Below, piece after piece: positions 60,801-64,000 of a stretch of 64,000 nucleotides of DNA. This DNA is from Squalus acanthias (taxonomy: Eukaryota), in contig CM059431.1 in assembly GCA_030390025.1 (NCBI GenBank), positions 148,182,001 through 148,246,000 of the forward strand, written 5' to 3'. The notes beneath the pieces are model-generated. The model was not told the DNA's origin. It saw only the letters and a program-made list of their open reading frames with translations, and searched no databases. The first letter of the stretch is position 1; every line of letters begins with the position of its first letter. The position numbers were made by a program, and so were the translations under genes.

Positions 60801-62814
60801 ATGACACAAAGGGAGTGGCAGACGTGTTGAGACAGACGCGGGGGAGAGAGAAAGAGCGAGAGACAGACCCGGGTGGTTTAAGGACGGAGGGAGAGACATT
60901 GATGAAGATAGATGGGTTTACACAAACGGGGCAGACAGAGAGCGAGACAGACGGGGAGAAAGAGTGGGAGACAGACGGGGAAGACGGGGATAGAGAAAGA
61001 GAAAAAAACGAGAGACAGATAAAAAGACAGAATGGGTGATTCAGTCGGGGAGACAGATGGGGAGACACAGAGAAGGAGAGACAGATGGGGCGACAAAGAG
61101 AGAGACAGACTGACAGGGAGACAGACAGCTCGGCGGCGGATGGGGAGAGAGACGGGGATAAAGGTGGGGGAGACAGGCGCGGTAGACAGCGAGAGGGAGA
61201 GACAAAAGCAGCTGACACAGAAAGAGACAGACTAGGGATTCACCGTCTCAGAATAATGGATCGGCCATTTCGGAATGAGATGAGGAGAAATTTCTTCACA
61301 CAGAGGGTGGTGAATCTTTGGAATTATCTATCTAAGTGGGCTGTGGAGGCTCAGTCGTTGAGTATATTCAAGACAGAGATCGATATATTTTTGAATATTA
61401 GGGGTATCAAGGGATATGGGGATAGTGCAGGAAAGTGGAGAGGAGGTAGAATATCAGCCGTGATGTTATTGAATGGCGGAGCAGGCTCGAAGGGCCAAAT
61501 GACCAACTCCTGCTCCTATTTCTTATGTTCTTATGTTCTTATGAACAAGGGAGACAGGTGTGAGAAATAATTTAAAAAGGGAATGAAATGTTGGCCTTCA
61601 CCTCAAGGGGACTGGAATACCAAGGGTTGGCAGTTTCCTTACAGTTCTTTGGTCTCTGATTACTCCCCATCTGGAGCATTGCGTTCAATTCTGGACACTT
61701 CACCTCAGCAAGAATATATTGGTCTCGGAGCGGGTGCAGCGTAGATTTGGCAGAATGATACCACGGCTTAGAGGGTTAAATGATGAGGACAGATTGCACG
61801 GACTAGGCTTGTATTACCTCGAATATAGAAGTGGAATAAAGGGTGATCTAATGGAGGATTTGAAGATAATTAAAGGAGTTGATATGTTCGATAGAGAAAC
61901 TATCTCCTCTGGTGAGCGAGTCCAGAACAAGGGGGCATAGAGTTAAATATAGAGCTAGACAATTCAGGGGTAATGCTGGGCAGCATTTCTTCACACAAAG
62001 GGTAGTGGAAATTTGCAAGTTTCGCCCCCTAAAAAGTTGTTGAAGCTGGGGCTCAATTGAAAATGTCAAAACTTAGATTGTTAGATTTATGTTCGGCATG
62101 TTATTAAGGGTTATAGAGTTAATATACAGATCAGCCATGATGTAATTGAATTGGGAACTGTCTGGAGGGGCTGAATGGCCTTCTCCTGTTTCTGTAAATG
62201 TAGACAACTACTTAACATCAGAGGAGGAAGGCAAACAATCCCATCACTGCGCATCACCCACACACCATCTTCTCTGGGTGGTATCCACATGGAAACCTCT
62301 TATTGTATTCAAGCACATCAAGTGATTGCAACCTCAGTGAAGCCCAAGGGTTTTGCCAAACACTGTTTCATCAAAGTGAGGCCCCTTTAAGGGAACGGGT
62401 CAAACCGTGAGTTCAAAGAGCAAGCCTCACCGTCACACTGCGCATCACAGTGAGATCAGACGTCACAATCAGGTTGTAAACTGGGCAGTTTGAGGCAGGA
62501 GGCTGCACAACCAGTTTAAGTGAAGGGAAGGGAACGGCACTAACTGTGACTAACTGGCTGATCTATCTAGGAGTGATTGTGGTCAGTTGAATATCGAAAC
62601 CGGTTTACTTTGTGAAGGGTCTGTTAACAATGGAAATATCGCTAGCCAGCTGGCACTCAGAAGGTTGTTGCTGTAGCAGGTTTGTTTCGACCTGTAGTTC
62701 CAGCGACATCATTCCCTGTGGAGGATCAGAGTGATTAACTTTAAATCCGCTGTAGTGACCGTGCAGATATAATGGCATAAGACCTGGAAACTTAACTGAC
62801 GAGGGTCAGAGCAT

Positions 62815-64000
62815 GTGTGGGCAGGGTGTGGGAGAGTGGGAGGAGCTGAGTGTGGGGAAAAAGTGGGTGGGGCTGGGTGGGGGAGAGTGGGAGGGGCGGG
62901 GAGCGTGGGAGGGGATGATGGGCTTTGAGTGGAAGGGGCAGGTTGGTGTTAAGTGGGAGGGTCTAGGTGAGGGAGAGTGGGAGAGCCTGGGTGGGGAGAT
63001 TGGGGGAGTTTGGGTAGGGTTAGACTGGGGGGGCTGGGTGGGGGCAGAGTGGGATGGGTTAGGTGTAGGGAGAGTGTGACGGGCGAGGTGGATTAGAGTG
63101 GGAGGGACTTTGTGGGGAAGAGTGGGAGGGTTTGTGTGTGGTGGGAGGTCCTGGTTTGGGGAAGATTGGGAGGGGCTGTTTGGGGAAGAGTGGGAGCGGC
63201 TGGGTGGGGAAGCGTGGGAGAGGATGGGTGGGGTTAGAGTGGAAGGGCCTGCTGGTGCAGAATTGGGAGGGGCTGCGTGGGGTTAGATTGGAAGGTATTG
63301 TGTGGGGATGGAGTGGGAGGGGCTGGGTGGGGGTGAAGTGGGGGGCTGCGTGTGGGAGAGTGGGAAGGGCTGGGTGGTGAGAGTGGGAGGGGCTGGGTGT
63401 GGGGAGAGTGGGAAGGGCTGGGTGCTGAGAGTGGGAGTGGCTGGGTTTGGGGTTAAATTACGAGGGGCTGGGTATGGGGAGAGTGAGAGAGGCTAGTTGG
63501 TGTTAGAGTGGTATGTGATCGGTGGGGTAGAGTGGGAGGTGCTGTGTGGGAGGAGAGTGTTGTTGGATGGGTGGGGGCAGAATTGGAGGGGCAGGGTAAG
63601 TTCAGAATCGGAGGGGCTGGGTGGTGTTAGAGTGGTATAGGATGAGTGGGGGAGAGTGGGAGGTGCTGCGTGGGGGAGAGTGGGATGGGATGTGTGGGGG
63701 AGAGTGGAAGGGTCTGGGTCAAGGGAGAGTGGGAGGGGCTGGTTGGGGTAGAGTCTGAGGGTTGGGTGCGGGGAGTGTACGAAGAGCTGGGTGGGATTGA
63801 GTGGGAGGGGCTGGGTTTGGTTATGGTAGGAGGGATGGGTGGGATTAGAGTGAGAGCGGCAGCGTGTGGTTAGAGAGGGAGGTGCTGGGTGGGCTAGGAG
63901 TGGGAGGTCCTGGGTGGAGTTAGAGTGGGAGGGGCAACGTGTGTTTCTAGTGATAGGTTCTGTGCGGGTTTGGTGCGAGAGAGGCTGTTTGGTGTTGCAG
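62815..64000. repeat. Degenerate G-rich minisatellite (GGGGCTGGGTGGGGTTAGAGTGG-like)
   Basis: Mirror of 9170-10605. Confidence 0.8.

Larger units (their letters stand above)
45083..64000 (-). other. Right arm of the inverted segmental duplication (runs to the window end)
   Basis: Reverse complement of the left arm without its insertions. Confidence 0.93.

Noticed and set aside
59400..63873. Arg/Glu/Gly/Trp-rich and Ser/Leu/Pro-rich ORFs
   Set aside because: Translations of GA-rich and G-rich low-complexity tracts.

Overview
Eukaryotic, repeat-rich vertebrate DNA. The CR1/HER1-type LINE tails, the SINEs and the receptor type point to a cartilaginous fish (inference). The window is organised as a large diverged inverted duplication: left arm ~9.2-40.2 kb, right arm ~45.1 kb to the window end. 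Each arm carries an intact two-exon, 337-aa rhodopsin-class orphan GPCR (GPR139/GPR142-like). The two genes are convergent and differ mostly in their extracellular segments. A third, partial copy of the amplicon is at 1-2565. The left arm alone carries seven transposon insertions absent from the right arm, plus a micro-inversion. One insertion is a full-length young CR1 LINE with intact ORF1 and ORF2. It has a six-monomer tandem 5' end, and its ORF2 has no ATG before the endonuclease and overlaps ORF1 in the -1 frame at a T_TTA_AAC-stop slippery site. The ~5 kb spacer between the arms holds two decayed, mutually homologous env-like genes (not gamma-type) and an LTR with a polypurine tract. Most ORFs in the supplied track are low-complexity or antisense artefacts. 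All comparisons were made by eye; no alignments or searches were run.
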